Shown here one piece after another: positions 21,001 to 31,997 of a stretch of DNA of 64,000 bases. A program made the translations under genes and the position numbers. The DNA lies in NCBI GenBank assembly GCA_963706595.1, contig OY970166.1:1920001-1984000 (forward strand), given 5' to 3'. Below the pieces are notes generated by a model, which saw only the letters and a list, made by a program, of their open reading frames with translations, was not told the origin of the DNA and ran no database searches. The DNA comes from an uncultured cyanobacterium. Lineage in GTDB: Bacteria; Cyanobacteriota; Cyanobacteriia; Cyanobacteriales; Nostocaceae. The first letter of the stretch is position 1; the number at the start of each line of letters is the position of its first letter.

Positions 21001-24000
21001 TATGTCTCGGACAAGACGAAGCAGTTATTTGAAAAGGCTCTACAAAATGGGCATCAAGCAAAATTGCCCGTTAGCAATGGTAATCACTCCACAATATCAA
21101 ACCTTTTCACTGCCGAAACCTTGCAGGAAGAAGCTATACCTACAAAGAACATAGCAGTCAATGGTCAAGCTAAATCACCTACAGAAAAAGTAGCAGTCAA
21201 TGGTCGAACTAAATCACCTACAGAAAAAGTAGCAGTCAATGGTCGAACTAAATCTATGAAAAACGGGAAATCAGACAAGCAGGATATCAAGTATATACCA
21301 ACCAATCCCGACGCATCTGTGGATTACCAGAGAGCCATAGATAACTTAGAATACACCCTGATTGAATTCAATCGCCATCAACGTCAGATTTTGCAGGTTC
21401 ATGAACAGTCTTTGAAGCATCAGACAGAATATACCAAAACCTTCTTCGGGCTGATGCAACAACAGCAAATCTTGTGGGGAAATGGTAGATTCATTCAGCA
21501 ACAACCGCAAACCCAGCAACTTGCTATCTCCAGTTCCGAGCGTAGCATCATGCGGTTCCACCAACATCAAGCTGACAGCCTCCGCATTCATCAGCAGTAC
21601 CTGAACCATCAGCAAGAATATACTAATAACTTCTTCCAATTAGTTCAGCAACATCAACTGCCAACTAGCGATTATACCACAGAACACAGTTTGATTCCGT
21701 CGTTCCAATATCAAGATAGTTCTACTATTCCTACATACCCAGAATATCAGCCGATTCCAGTAAAAACCCCATCGGCTGTGGCGAATAAACCTGAGCCAGT
21801 TTCCACTAATGGTAATGGTAACGGCACACATCATCAAGCAACAACAGTTCTAGATATCATTGCGCCCCAGGAGAATCTAACTGCAACTACAACCATAGTA
21901 GCTGCACCACCAATAGAGCCAGTAGAGATTGATGCGGCTACCCTCAGTCAAACCCTGCTGACTATTGTTAGTGATAAGACAGGCTACCCCAGCGAAATGT
22001 TAGAGATGTCAATGGACATTGAAGCTGATTTGGGGATTGATTCCATCAAACGGGTGGAGATTTTAGGAGCATTATTAGAAATATATCCCGATTTACCTCA
22101 GCCGAATCCAGAGGAACTAGCACAGCTACGCACCCTCGCTGAAATAGCTGAGTATATCAGAACTTTAGCGCCACAAAACTCAGTCACGTCTGCAACCATC
22201 AATGAGGTATTAGAAACAGCAGAAAAAGTTGAAGAAGAAGAACAAGTTGAAGAAACAGTAATATCTCCCTCACCTTCTGCAATTCCAGATAATCTCAGCC
22301 AAATACTGCTCACCATCGTCAGTGATAAAACAGGCTACCCCAGCGAAATGTTAGAGATGTCGATGGATATTGAAGCTGATTTGGGGATTGATTCCATCAA
22401 ACGGGTGGAGATTTTAGGAGCATTATTAGAGCTATACCCCGATTTACCCCAGCCAAATCCTGAAGAAGTAGCTCCACTGCGTACTCTGGAAGAAATTGTT
22501 GATTATATAGAACAAACGGCGGAAATGTTCGCAAAAGGAATGCTATCCACACAGGAGGAAGCAGGGGTGCAGGGGGAAGAAGCAGGAGGGGTGCAGGGTG
22601 CAGGGAGCAGGGGGGAAGGAGTAGAAGAAGCAGGGGTGCAGGGTGCAGGGTGCAGGGGGGAAGGAGTCGAAGAAGCAGGGGTGCAGGGTGCAGGGTGCAG
22701 GGGGGAAGGAGTCGAAGAAGCAGGGGTGCAGGGTGCAGGGTGCAGGGGGGAAGGAGTAGGGAGTAGTTATTCTTCTGAGAGCCACTCGCTAATTCGCCGC
22801 AGCCCTGTTAAACTGAAATTTCTGCCTGAACCTGATGTTTTAGATTTTACTTTACCTGCACAGCATATTGCTTTGCTCACTGATGACGGTTCCCTGACTA
22901 CTACAAAGTTAGCTGAGGCTTTAAGCAAGCGGGGCTGGAAAACCGTTGTTTTAAGTTTCCCTCAAACTCTGATTGGTAAACAATCGCCTTTACCTGACAG
23001 TATAAATCGGGTAGTGCTATCAGATTTGAGCGAGGAACATTTGCAACAACAGTTAGGTGCGATCGCCTCTGAATATGGTAAAGTAGCTGCATTTATTCAT
23101 CTCAATCCCCCAAATCTGCAAAATAGCAGTAATCATATCTGCTATCTGGAAACAGAAAAATCTATTCTGCGTCACGTCTTTCTCACCGCTAAATACCTCA
23201 AAGAATCTTTGAATCAAGCAGCCGAGTTAGGACGCAGTTGTTTCTTGACTGTGGCGCGTCTGGATGGCGAATTCGGACTAGGACAAAAAACTAACTTTGG
23301 CGCAATTAGTAGCGGTTTATTCGGACTCACCAAAACTGTCAACCAGGAATGGGAACCTGTATTTTGCCGAGCCTTAGATATCAGTCCTGATTTAGATGCT
23401 CAAACTTCAGTAGAGCATATCCTGGCTGAACTTCACGACCATAATCGCTTGGTTGTGGAAGTGGGATATACTGCACAAGGACGCAAAACCTTAATCTGCG
23501 AACCAAAATCAGATGATATTTTTGCCAACTCAATACCTCATCCCCAATCTCAAGTATTTCTCGTCAGTGGTGGTGCAAAGGGGATAACGGCTAAATGTGT
23601 GATTGAATTAGCACAGCGTTATCAATGCAGATTTATTCTCCTGGGGCGTTCTGCGGCTGAACCGGAACCTGTATGGGCGGAAGGTTATGTTGGCGAAGCG
23701 GAATTGAAAAAGCGAATTATGGAGGATTTCATCGCTAAAGGAGATAAACCTACACCTGTAATGGTGCAGAAAAAGTTTCAAACTATTGCATCCAGACGGG
23801 AAATAGCCGCTACCTTAGAAGCCATTGCACAGGCGGGTGGACAAGCCGAATACTTGAGTGTGGATGTCACCGATGCCATGATGCTTTCTGAAAAAGTTGC
23901 TAGTGCTGTGGAGCGTTTGGGGCCAGTTACAGGTATTATTCATGCAGCCGGGAATCTTGCTGATAAACGGATTGAGAAGAAAACACTCCAAGATTTTGAA

Positions 24001-25239
24001 ACGGTTTATGCTGCTAAGGTTAAAGGTTTAGAAAACCTGCTACGGTGTATACCAGCTAGTGAATTGCAATATTTAGTTCTGTTTTCCTCGGTGGTGGGAT
24101 TTTATGGCAATGTGGGACAATCTGATTATGCGATCGCTAATGAAATTCTCAACAAATCAGCCCATCTGTTCAAACGCAACCATCCGAATTGTCATGTAGT
24201 CGCCATTAACTGGGGTCCTTGGGATAGTGGAATGGTATCTCCAGAATTAAAAAAAGCTTTTGCTGAACGCAATATCGAGACAATTCCCCTAGAAACTGGC
24301 GCACAGATGTTAGTTTCGGAACTGGAACAAAAAAATCAGCCAACTACACAAGTAGTAATTGGTAGTCCCCTGGTTTACACCCCAGGAGCATTAAACCCAG
24401 AGTTAAAAAGCTTTCGCATCCAGAGGAAATTAACATTAGCCGCAAACCCATTTTTACATGACCATGTAATTGCAGGTAAACCAGTTCTTCCCGCCACTTG
24501 TGCCTTTTCCTGGATTGCTAATAGCTGTGAACAACTCTATCCCGGTTACAAATTCTTTAGTTGCCAAAACTTCAAGGTTTTGAAGGGAATTATCTTTGAT
24601 GGTCAGCAAGCAAATCAATACACGTTAGATTTAGTAGAAATTTCTAAATCTGATGATCATGAAATCGAATTTCAGGCTAAAGTATGGAGTAAGAATGCCG
24701 ATAAAATCCGTTATAATTTCAGTGCTAATATCAAATTGCGAAAACAAATTCCAGTAGCTCCCACTTATGACTTATTTAACCCGGAGCGCACAAACCCCGA
24801 TATCAGCACATCATTCTATCAAAACGGGGCATCAAGTTTATTTCATGGTTCAGCTTTCCAGGGCGTAGAAAGTGTTTTAAATATTAGTCCTGAGACCATA
24901 ACTATAGATTGCCTAGTGCCTCAAGTAGAAGCAACAAAACAAGGACAATTTCTAGTTCAAACATTCAACCCTTACATTGTTGATGTTCAGATTCATGCTC
25001 TGTGGATTTGGTCTCAATATTATCACCAAGTAGGTTGTTTACCTTCAGAAATCAATAACTTTGAGCAGTTTGCAGAACTCCCCTTTGGTGAAAAACTGTA
25101 CATCTCTTGCGAAGTTAAATCAAGGACAAACTCGGCAATGGTTGTTAATGTGATCACACACGATGCTCAAGGAAAAATATATACCCGAATGATGGACGCT
25201 AGAGGCATTGTTTTACCCCAACAATTAGAAAAAATTTAA
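18049..25239 (+). CDS. Iterative PfaA/HglE-like type I polyketide / fatty acid synthase (KS-AT-ACP-ACP-KR-DH)
   Basis: KS DAACASS, EAHGTGT, GHTKAAAG; AT GHSFG and AAFH; two ACPs DLGIDSIKRVEI; KR VSGGAKGIT and YAIAN; DH HDHVIAGKPVLP. Confidence 0.93.
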   Translation: MAASKIEAELEQLQDQISNCEKSLLKLIQGKKIMVTNVPLNTSEINRQLRHTQIAIVGMASIFPQAKNLQEYWENIIQKVDCITDVPPSRWNIDDYYDANPRTPDKTYCKRGGFIPDVDFNPMEFGLPPNILEVTDISQLLGLLVAKSAIEDAGYGESRQFNRERTGVVLGVAVGRQLALPLSSRMQYPVWEKVLKSSGLSDEDTQSIVEKIKSAYVQWNENAFPGMLANVITGRIANRLDLGGMNCVVDAACASSLGALKIAISELVEHRSDMMLTGGVDTDNTIMAYMCFSKTPAVSPSENVKPFDAGSDGMMLGEGVGMLVLKRLEDAERDNDRIYAVIKGIGSSSDGRYKSIYAPRPEGQIKAIHRAYEDADCAPASVGLIEAHGTGTLAGDPTEFTSIKAVFGENNPKQQYIALGSVKSQIGHTKAAAGAASLIKTALALHHKVLPPTINITQPHPKLNIESSPFYLNTETRPWIATDDQPRRAGVSAFGFGGTNYHVVLEEYKHEHNQPYRLHNTFQSVLISAKTPAELLSRCEEIQNQLKSDAGERHYAELIAAAKALEIPIADARVGFVANSLTQAGELLQKSIDLLKNKLEAESWEHPQGIYYRKTGISKQQKVVALFSGQGSQYLEMGRELVINFPCLRQTYAEMDRLLCQDGLQPVSEVVFPNPVFNPESKAAQMSALQLTEYAQPAIGAFSAGLYKILQQAGFKADMVAGHSFGELTALWVAGVLSEEDYYFLVKARGQAMATPQDSKLDNGTMLAVKGDVSQVKALIQDFPLVNIANLNSHQQMVLAGTKAEIAKVEELLTAKGFHTVLLKVSAAFHTSLVAYALKPFAQAIERVSLQPPQIPVYTNFTGTPYPNQPKFIQNILQEHLGNQVLFEEEIENIYAEGGYCFVEFGPRNTLTNLVKEILGARSHIAVALNTHPQKDSDRTLREAVVQLRVAGLPLLNLDPYQQSRPIPAEPQTKVLNVRLNSTNYVSDKTKQLFEKALQNGHQAKLPVSNGNHSTISNLFTAETLQEEAIPTKNIAVNGQAKSPTEKVAVNGRTKSPTEKVAVNGRTKSMKNGKSDKQDIKYIPTNPDASVDYQRAIDNLEYTLIEFNRHQRQILQVHEQSLKHQTEYTKTFFGLMQQQQILWGNGRFIQQQPQTQQLAISSSERSIMRFHQHQADSLRIHQQYLNHQQEYTNNFFQLVQQHQLPTSDYTTEHSLIPSFQYQDSSTIPTYPEYQPIPVKTPSAVANKPEPVSTNGNGNGTHHQATTVLDIIAPQENLTATTTIVAAPPIEPVEIDAATLSQTLLTIVSDKTGYPSEMLEMSMDIEADLGIDSIKRVEILGALLEIYPDLPQPNPEELAQLRTLAEIAEYIRTLAPQNSVTSATINEVLETAEKVEEEEQVEETVISPSPSAIPDNLSQILLTIVSDKTGYPSEMLEMSMDIEADLGIDSIKRVEILGALLELYPDLPQPNPEEVAPLRTLEEIVDYIEQTAEMFAKGMLSTQEEAGVQGEEAGGVQGAGSRGEGVEEAGVQGAGCRGEGVEEAGVQGAGCRGEGVEEAGVQGAGCRGEGVGSSYSSESHSLIRRSPVKLKFLPEPDVLDFTLPAQHIALLTDDGSLTTTKLAEALSKRGWKTVVLSFPQTLIGKQSPLPDSINRVVLSDLSEEHLQQQLGAIASEYGKVAAFIHLNPPNLQNSSNHICYLETEKSILRHVFLTAKYLKESLNQAAELGRSCFLTVARLDGEFGLGQKTNFGAISSGLFGLTKTVNQEWEPVFCRALDISPDLDAQTSVEHILAELHDHNRLVVEVGYTAQGRKTLICEPKSDDIFANSIPHPQSQVFLVSGGAKGITAKCVIELAQRYQCRFILLGRSAAEPEPVWAEGYVGEAELKKRIMEDFIAKGDKPTPVMVQKKFQTIASRREIAATLEAIAQAGGQAEYLSVDVTDAMMLSEKVASAVERLGPVTGIIHAAGNLADKRIEKKTLQDFETVYAAKVKGLENLLRCIPASELQYLVLFSSVVGFYGNVGQSDYAIANEILNKSAHLFKRNHPNCHVVAINWGPWDSGMVSPELKKAFAERNIETIPLETGAQMLVSELEQKNQPTTQVVIGSPLVYTPGALNPELKSFRIQRKLTLAANPFLHDHVIAGKPVLPATCAFSWIANSCEQLYPGYKFFSCQNFKVLKGIIFDGQQANQYTLDLVEISKSDDHEIEFQAKVWSKNADKIRYNFSANIKLRKQIPVAPTYDLFNPERTNPDISTSFYQNGASSLFHGSAFQGVESVLNISPETITIDCLVPQVEATKQGQFLVQTFNPYIVDVQIHALWIWSQYYHQVGCLPSEINNFEQFAELPFGEKLYISCEVKSRTNSAMVVNVITHDAQGKIYTRMMDARGIVLPQQLEKI
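21151..21255 (+). repeat. In-frame 39-bp tandem repeat (AVNGRTKSPTEKV, about 2.7 copies) in the PKS linker
   Basis: TAGCAGTCAATGGTC recurs at 39-nt spacing. Confidence 0.85.
22555..22758 (+). repeat. In-frame 45-bp tandem repeat (EEAGVQGAGCRGEGV, about 4 copies) between ACP2 and KR
   Basis: Repeated GCAGGGTGCAGGG units, visible in both DNA and protein. Confidence 0.9.
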
Positions 25240-25416
25240 TCCGAAGTTTCTATGAAGACTAAGGCATTAAGACTCAGCCGATAGCTGCTATAGCCAGAAA
25301 ATGCGCCGAAATATATGACAACCACAAGCAGAAATTCGGCGCACGTCTTCATCATCAAAGGGGATTAAAAGACATTTACACATAATGTTTTACATTACAG
25401 TTTTAGGAGTTGGGCG

Positions 25417-28400
25417 ATGAAAAAAATAACACAAAATCAAATACCTAAAATAGCGATTGTGGGGATGGACTGCTATTTAGGTGGTGGCTGCCAAGGCTTA
25501 GATACTTTTGAACAGAGCATTTATGAAGGAACACAACATTTTATTCCCCTGCCTGAACAGCGATGGCAAGGAATAGAAAAGCCAGAAGAATTACTGAGTA
25601 AATATGGTTTTGACAGTGGTGAAGCACCATTAGGAGCATACATTCAAGATTGCCAAATTTTCCCAGAAGCAGGGGATAAATTTCATCCTCAAGAACTTTT
25701 GATGCTTCAGGTCGCTGATAATGCTTTAAAAGATGCGGGTATTCGTCCAGGGTCAAAGGTTGCAGTCGTAATCGTTAGTGCCAAAGAACTGGCGCTTTCT
25801 CAAAATACACAACTTGCATCCTCAGACATCGAGAATCGGCTAGCTAATGATATTTCTCAACAGTGGAAATTTACTGGAGCCGCATTTACATTAACGGCTG
25901 CACAAAGCTCTGTTTTTAAAGCCTTAGAAATGGCACAAAAGCTACTTGTTAATCAAGAAGTAGATGCTGTTTTAGTGGGTGCAGTAGAGCTAGCTGGGGA
26001 TAGTGCGAGTGTTTTACTCCGCAATCAAACAACCGCCATCAACACAGGCGTGAATACTCTCAGTTACGATGAAAATGCTAATGGCTGGATGGTAGGTGAA
26101 GGTGCAGCGGCCATTGTTTTAAAGCGCCATGAAACCGCCAAACAAGATCAGAACCGCATCTATGCAGTCATTGACGCGCTCAGTCTTGTAGAAAATGCCA
26201 AATCTCAAATCCACTCAATTCCTACTGCCATAGATGCAGAAACGATAACGCAAGCTTGTCAACAAGCTTTTCAGTTGGCAGATATCAAACCCACAGACAT
26301 CGGCTATTTAGAAGTTATTGGCAGTGGGATTCCATCACAAGATGAGTCGGAAATTCGGGGTTTGCTGCAAGCTTATGGGACTTCTGAAGCAAATCTTAGT
26401 TGTGCGCTGGGTAGTGCCAAAGCAAATGTCGGTCATACTTATGCGGTATCGGGGTTAGTTAGTATAGTCAAAACAGCACTTTGTCTATATCGCAGCTATA
26501 TTCCCGTGGTTCCCCAGTGGTCTGGCCCAAAATGCCAGAGATTTGGCAAAATAGCCCCTTTTATGTGGCGGCGGAATCCAAACCCTGGTTTTCAGATACC
26601 AGAATAGCTGCTGTTAACGGTATGGAGGTAGATGGGAGTTATGCACATTTAATTTTGTCAGAGGAAGTAGGTCAGCCAACGCATAGTAACAGGTATTTAG
26701 AACAAATTCCTGATTATTTGTTTGCGATCGCAGCTGATGATCAAGCCAGTTTATTAGAGCAGATCCAGATTCTACAACACACTATCACTGATTGCCCCTC
26801 TCTTAAAGCTGCTGCCAGTGAAACTTTTACAACTTTTCAAAAGCATCCAAATCCAACTTACACACTGTCTATTCTCGGACGCAATCAAGAGGAATTAAAC
26901 CGGGAAATTCAGCGCTCTTTCCAAGGTGTTAATATTGCCTTTGAAACAGGTAAAGACTGGCAAACTCCTGTAGGCAGCTATTTCACAACCAAACCACTAG
27001 GCAAAGATAATGATATCGCGTTTGTTTACTCTGGTTCTTTCAATGCTTATGTTGGCATCGCCCGGTATCTCTTCCGCTTCTTCCCCCAAATTTATGATGA
27101 CTTGCTCAATAGAGGCATTTACAACCGGGCTGCTAGTATAGAGAAATTGTTTTATCCTAGAAGCTTAAGAAAAATATCAAAAAGGCAATTAGAAACCATT
27201 GAACAAAAATGGATGGATGATCCAGTAACATTACTTGAATTTGAAATATGCTTCACTGGATTCATGACGGCAATTCTCAAAGATTGTTTTCAAATTAAAC
27301 CCAAAAGTGCATTTGGATATAGTCTGGGCGAAATTAGCATGATGTTTGCTCAGGGTGTTTGGAATAACTTTAACCAAAGTAGTCAAAACTTGTCTTCATC
27401 ATCTTTGTTTAAAAGCAGGCTGGCTGGCCCAAAGATGCCGTCCGCGAGTATTGGAAATTGCCTCAAGAAGATAATATTTCAGACGAAAATCTTTGGAATA
27501 ACTATGTGCTTTTATGTCCAGCATCCCGTGTTAGAGAGGCCATTAAATCAGAAAAACGCGTTTATTTATCTCTCATAAATACACCAGATGAAGTTATAAT
27601 TGCTGGTGAACCACAAGCCTGTGAGAGAGTCATTGAAAACCTCCAATGTGTTGCCTTTCCCACTGCTCTCAAGCACGTAGTTCATTGTCAGCCAATGTGT
27701 TCTGAGTATGATGAACTCGCCAAAATCAACACTTCACCTGTTGAAAAAGTCGAAAATACTGTTTTCTATTCCGCCGCAGAATACAAACCTATTCCTCTTG
27801 ATAGTAATTCTATTGGTAACAACATTGCCCAAACTCTATGTCAAGAGCTTGATTTCCCTCGGCTAGTTAACAGTGTCTACAATGATGGTGCTAAAATCTT
27901 TATTGAAGTAGGAGTTGGCGGTAACTGTTCACGATGGATTAGTAAAACACTCCAGGACAAAGAACACGTCGCAGTTTCTCTGAATAGAAGAGGCATAGAT
28001 GAGCATATTTCTATTATCAGAGTATTAGCAAAGCTGTTGAGTCATCGAGTTGAAATGGATTTATCGCCACTGTATGCTCTATCGCAAGAAAGTTCCAGCC
28101 AAAATCAATTAGGAATGGAAACTATCTCGTTGGGTAGTAATAAAGTTGAAGACATATTTCTCAGCGAGAATAACCAGACAAAATTCCCAGAAGCATTTTC
28201 TAGCTCATCAGATAATTCTTCTGCTCAAAACTATGAATTATTGCAAGTTAGTGAATTTGCCAAACCCACATATTCTGGGGATAAAAATTTGATGGTAATT
28301 GAGCCAAAGAGTCTTATGAATAACTTAATCACCGATACTTTACCAGAAAGTTTAAGTTTAGAACAAAGTCATAAAGCTTCTAGTGTTTTGGTGTGCGATC

Positions 28401-28693
28401 GCGCTATTTTACCGGAAGAAGAATTACTAGATGATCCTGTTTTGCTCACAGAAGCAGAAGATCATAAAAGCTTATTACCTGATGATTATGTAGCTGATAG
28501 CTTTGTTACCAAAAATCCAGAACCTAATTTACGTAGTCCTCACTATCAAAAGCTGTTTCATAACGCTTCCCAAATGACCGAAACTCACTCTATTCTACTA
28601 GAGTTTAGACAACAATCACTACATCAAATCAGCGCCACAATACATCAACAACTAGAGTTGTACCAAAAATTGTTTGAAGAATCAAGTCATTGA
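25417..28693 (+). CDS. PfaB/HglC-like chain-length factor plus acyltransferase, interrupted by two -1 frameshifts (about 26530 and 27432)
   Basis: KS-like domain lacking the catalytic Cys (TAAQSS), GEGAAAIVLKR and AT motif GYSLGE; three overlapping ORFs join to ~1092 aa. Confidence 0.85.
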
Positions 28694-28862
28694 ATTTAGT
28701 ACAGCATTTCATCCATTCGTAACGAGTCAATTTGCTAAACCTCTGCGTAACTCCTCACGCCTTGGCGGTTAAAAAATTCTGATTATAGGCAATCGTGTAT
28801 TCAGTATATCTGCACTGTGATTTATCCCCAGATTACAGAAAAATTAAAAAGCTAAAAACCTG

Positions 28863-30524
28863 ATGCTAACAAATAATCTCCTCAACCATAAACGCGGTAA
28901 TTCACTTTTAAAACTTTCCCATTCCTTTGTCAGTCCTAATCAAGTTTGGCAAGGTGCTTTAAATACTATATCTTTTGATGGCAATGGCATCAAAGCCAAA
29001 CTACTAAACCTAGCTAAACCTTGTTATATTATCAGAGTTGAAGATAAAATTGGTGTAACTAATGAAGGAGAATCGCTGCATTCCCAGAATGGAAAAATAG
29101 GACAAGAACTGTTAATGTCTGTTCCAGCCATGCAGATAAAACAGTTAGGTGATCCAAATTTTCTAGATTTCCATAATGTGAAATATGCCTATGTTACTGG
29201 TGCAATGGCTCACGGTATTGCTTCTGAAGAATTAGTAATTGCTCTGGGCAAGGAGAAAATTTTAAGTTCATTTGGTGCTGGAGGTTTATCTCCAGCCCGT
29301 GTGGAAGCAGCCATCAATCGTATTCAGCAAGCCCTACCCCAAGGCCCTTACGCTTTTAACTTACTCCACAGTCCCAGTGACCCGGCTGTGGAACGGGGTG
29401 TGATTGATTTGTATCTCAAATATCAAGTCAGAACAATAGAAGCATCCGCTTTCTTAGATTTGAGTGAAAACATCGTTTACTACCGGGTTGCCGGACTAAG
29501 TTTGAATGCAGCCAATGAAATCGAAATCAAAAATAAAGTCATTGCCAAAATTTCTCGGCGAGAAGTGGCGACCAAATTTTTAGAACCAGCACCTTACAAA
29601 ATTCTCAAAAAATTAGTCCAGCAAGGTCTTATCAGTGAATTACAGGCAACTTTAGCCGCCAAAATTCCCATGGCTGATGATATTACCGTAGAAGCAGATT
29701 CTGGTGGTCACACAGATAATCGTCCTTTGGTTTGTCTGTTACCATCCATTTTGGAATTAAGAGATCAAATTCAGGGCCAATATGGTTATGAAAAACCAGT
29801 CAGAATCGGAGTAGCCGGAGGAATTGCCACTCCACAATCAGCCTTAGCTGCCTTTATGATGGGCGCTGCTTATGTTGTGACTGGTTCAATTAACCAATCC
29901 TGTATTGAAGCTGGAACTTCGGAATATACCAAACAATTACTAGCTCAGGCAGAAATGGCTGATGTGATGATGGCTCCAGCCGCAGATATGTTTGAAATGG
30001 GGGTAAAACTGCAAGTTCTTAAAAGAGGAACTCTCTTTCCTCTGAGAGCGCAAAAACTATTTGACTTATACAAAAACTATGATTCAATTGAAGATATACC
30101 TCTTGCCGAAAGAGAAAAACTAGAGAAACAAGTTTTCAAAACTAATCTAGATGCGATTTGGCAGGAAACAGTTAATTACTTATCTCAACGTAATCCCGAT
30201 AAACTGCACAAAGCAGCCAAGAATCCTAAGCTGAAAATGGCTTTAATTTTTCGCTGGTATTTAGGATTATCTTCTCGTTGGTCTAACTCTGGTGAAAAAG
30301 GGCGGGAAATTGATTATCAAATCTGGTGTGGTCCGGCAATGGGTAGCTTCAATAACTGGACAAAAGGTTCTTATTTGGCAGAGATAAATAATCGTCGAGT
30401 CGTTGATATTGCTAATCAAATTATGACTGGCACGGTATTTTTATACCGAATGCAAGTTTTAAAAATCCAGGGATTAGAAATGCCAACTTACTACAGCACA
30501 TATCACCCAGTTCGTTTTAACTAA
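28863..30524 (+). CDS. pfaD: PfaD/HglA-family enoyl reductase
   Basis: GAMAHGIAS, EADSGGHTDNRP, AAFMMGAAYVVTGSINQ and DYQIWCGPAMG. Confidence 0.92.
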   Translation: MLTNNLLNHKRGNSLLKLSHSFVSPNQVWQGALNTISFDGNGIKAKLLNLAKPCYIIRVEDKIGVTNEGESLHSQNGKIGQELLMSVPAMQIKQLGDPNFLDFHNVKYAYVTGAMAHGIASEELVIALGKEKILSSFGAGGLSPARVEAAINRIQQALPQGPYAFNLLHSPSDPAVERGVIDLYLKYQVRTIEASAFLDLSENIVYYRVAGLSLNAANEIEIKNKVIAKISRREVATKFLEPAPYKILKKLVQQGLISELQATLAAKIPMADDITVEADSGGHTDNRPLVCLLPSILELRDQIQGQYGYEKPVRIGVAGGIATPQSALAAFMMGAAYVVTGSINQSCIEAGTSEYTKQLLAQAEMADVMMAPAADMFEMGVKLQVLKRGTLFPLRAQKLFDLYKNYDSIEDIPLAEREKLEKQVFKTNLDAIWQETVNYLSQRNPDKLHKAAKNPKLKMALIFRWYLGLSSRWSNSGEKGREIDYQIWCGPAMGSFNNWTKGSYLAEINNRRVVDIANQIMTGTVFLYRMQVLKIQGLEMPTYYSTYHPVRFN

Positions 30525-30538
30525 AGGAGCAAAATCAC

Positions 30539-31837
30539 ATGAATAATGTCGAAATTAATAACCGCATTACCAAAATTCAAAATAGACTTTTTGAACAGGC
30601 ACATACTCAGTCATTAGAATTAAAACCTGTCGCTATTGCACTGAGTAAGCAGGGAATTATAGCAGGGAAACTTTACTGTAATCCGGGCATGATTCCCTTA
30701 CCCATGCCATTTTGTGAGTATTTACGTTCTCTAAATACCAGTCAAAAGTCGATTTTATCCGCAGCATTCTTTGCCAACTTTTATAAGTATGTTGCTAATA
30801 GCGAATCTCAAGCTATTCCATCAAACATGAGTGTGTCCGAAAAACTTTTTGCCCCATACTCAGACGAATATATGATTCTTCACCAGGAAACAAATGAAGA
30901 ATTGGATCATATTTGGTCTTTCCGGACTATACATACTATGGTTTGTCGAGAAATAGGAATTCAAAACTCGTTTGAGGAACCTGGCTTTTTTTATGGTACT
31001 TTCCGCCCTGTACCTGAATCCGATTGGCAAAACTTAGATACTAGTTTTAGTTTTGATGTAGACCTCAGCGAAACTTTATCTTATCTGATGAAAGGTAAAA
31101 GTTTTCTGAATCAGCTAGTAGAAAAAATGGAGTTACAAAGTAGGAATTGGCTATATAGAAATTTACGCTTTATCGTTGGAGATGCCGTGAGGATGCTACC
31201 CTCTGAAATAGTGCAAGAAAATGGATTGGGTAGCTTATGGTTACTGTACCGATATATGGCTAATGTCGAGTTAAAACAAGCCGAAAGCTATTTATTCGAC
31301 GACCCAGAAAATTTTGACTATGACCCATTAGCTTTTGAGTTAAATCATGGTCACATCACAGATGAAGCTCGTCATTACACAACATCTTTTGATTTAGGGT
31401 TTGAATTATATCAAAAAGCTCCTCCAGAGGCTCAATATTTCATTCGGTATGCCATGCAAAAAATTGTTGAAGACTACATTAATGCTTCTTTTACCACTTA
31501 CCTGGAGAAATTAGACCTCAATCAGCAGGGAGTCATATTAACTGAAACTAGACTGGGGCTTAATTCATTAACTATGTCTTTACAACATCCTGAATTCATT
31601 AATAAGCAAGTAGATATGAATAAACTCATTAATTCTTGGAGAAATATGAACTTAAGTTGGCGTAAAATCATTGGTTCTTTAGAACAAAAGAGTTGGCGCT
31701 ACAGAGCGCAGCAGATAGCCCGCATCGTTCAAGCACTGGAACTCGAATTAAATCAAGAGCTTTTAGGTAACAAATATCACCGCTATCAGGATGCTTTAGA
31801 ATCTAAAGAAATTAAAAAACTTATTGAAGTAGCCTAA
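30539..31837 (+). CDS. Ferritin-like di-metal carboxylate enzyme (CylC halogenase / AurF-like)
   Basis: Ligand-type motifs NSESQA, QETNEELDH and HITDEARH; RBS AAGGAG; followed by a ferredoxin. Confidence 0.6.
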   Translation: MNNVEINNRITKIQNRLFEQAHTQSLELKPVAIALSKQGIIAGKLYCNPGMIPLPMPFCEYLRSLNTSQKSILSAAFFANFYKYVANSESQAIPSNMSVSEKLFAPYSDEYMILHQETNEELDHIWSFRTIHTMVCREIGIQNSFEEPGFFYGTFRPVPESDWQNLDTSFSFDVDLSETLSYLMKGKSFLNQLVEKMELQSRNWLYRNLRFIVGDAVRMLPSEIVQENGLGSLWLLYRYMANVELKQAESYLFDDPENFDYDPLAFELNHGHITDEARHYTTSFDLGFELYQKAPPEAQYFIRYAMQKIVEDYINASFTTYLEKLDLNQQGVILTETRLGLNSLTMSLQHPEFINKQVDMNKLINSWRNMNLSWRKIIGSLEQKSWRYRAQQIARIVQALELELNQELLGNKYHRYQDALESKEIKKLIEVA

Positions 31838-31997
31838 ACTCCTAAGAAACACATTTTCAAACCCTGACATAGCAAGGATCTGAAGCTTTAAATTCTCATG
31901 TGTTTTTTTTTATTTATTGTGGGCGTTTAATCGCGTTCTTTAGGCGCTCACCTTTTGCACCTATTCATTCTATTTCATGATTTTGAGGAGTTCAAAA

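Noticed and set aside
21340..21660. Gln/His-rich stretch in the PKS as a prion-like domain
   Set aside because: Similar helical Q/H-rich linkers before the ACPs are usual in HglE/PfaA proteins.
22543..22785. Antisense Cys/Pro-rich repeat ORF (FPPAPCTLHPCFFDS) as a RiPP precursor
   Set aside because: It is the reverse complement of the 45-bp PKS linker repeat, with no leader or RBS.
18049..30524. Calling this the canonical heterocyst glycolipid (hgl) island
   Set aside because: No hglD, hglB/hetM, hetN, hetI or hglT in the cluster, and it carries different tailoring genes.
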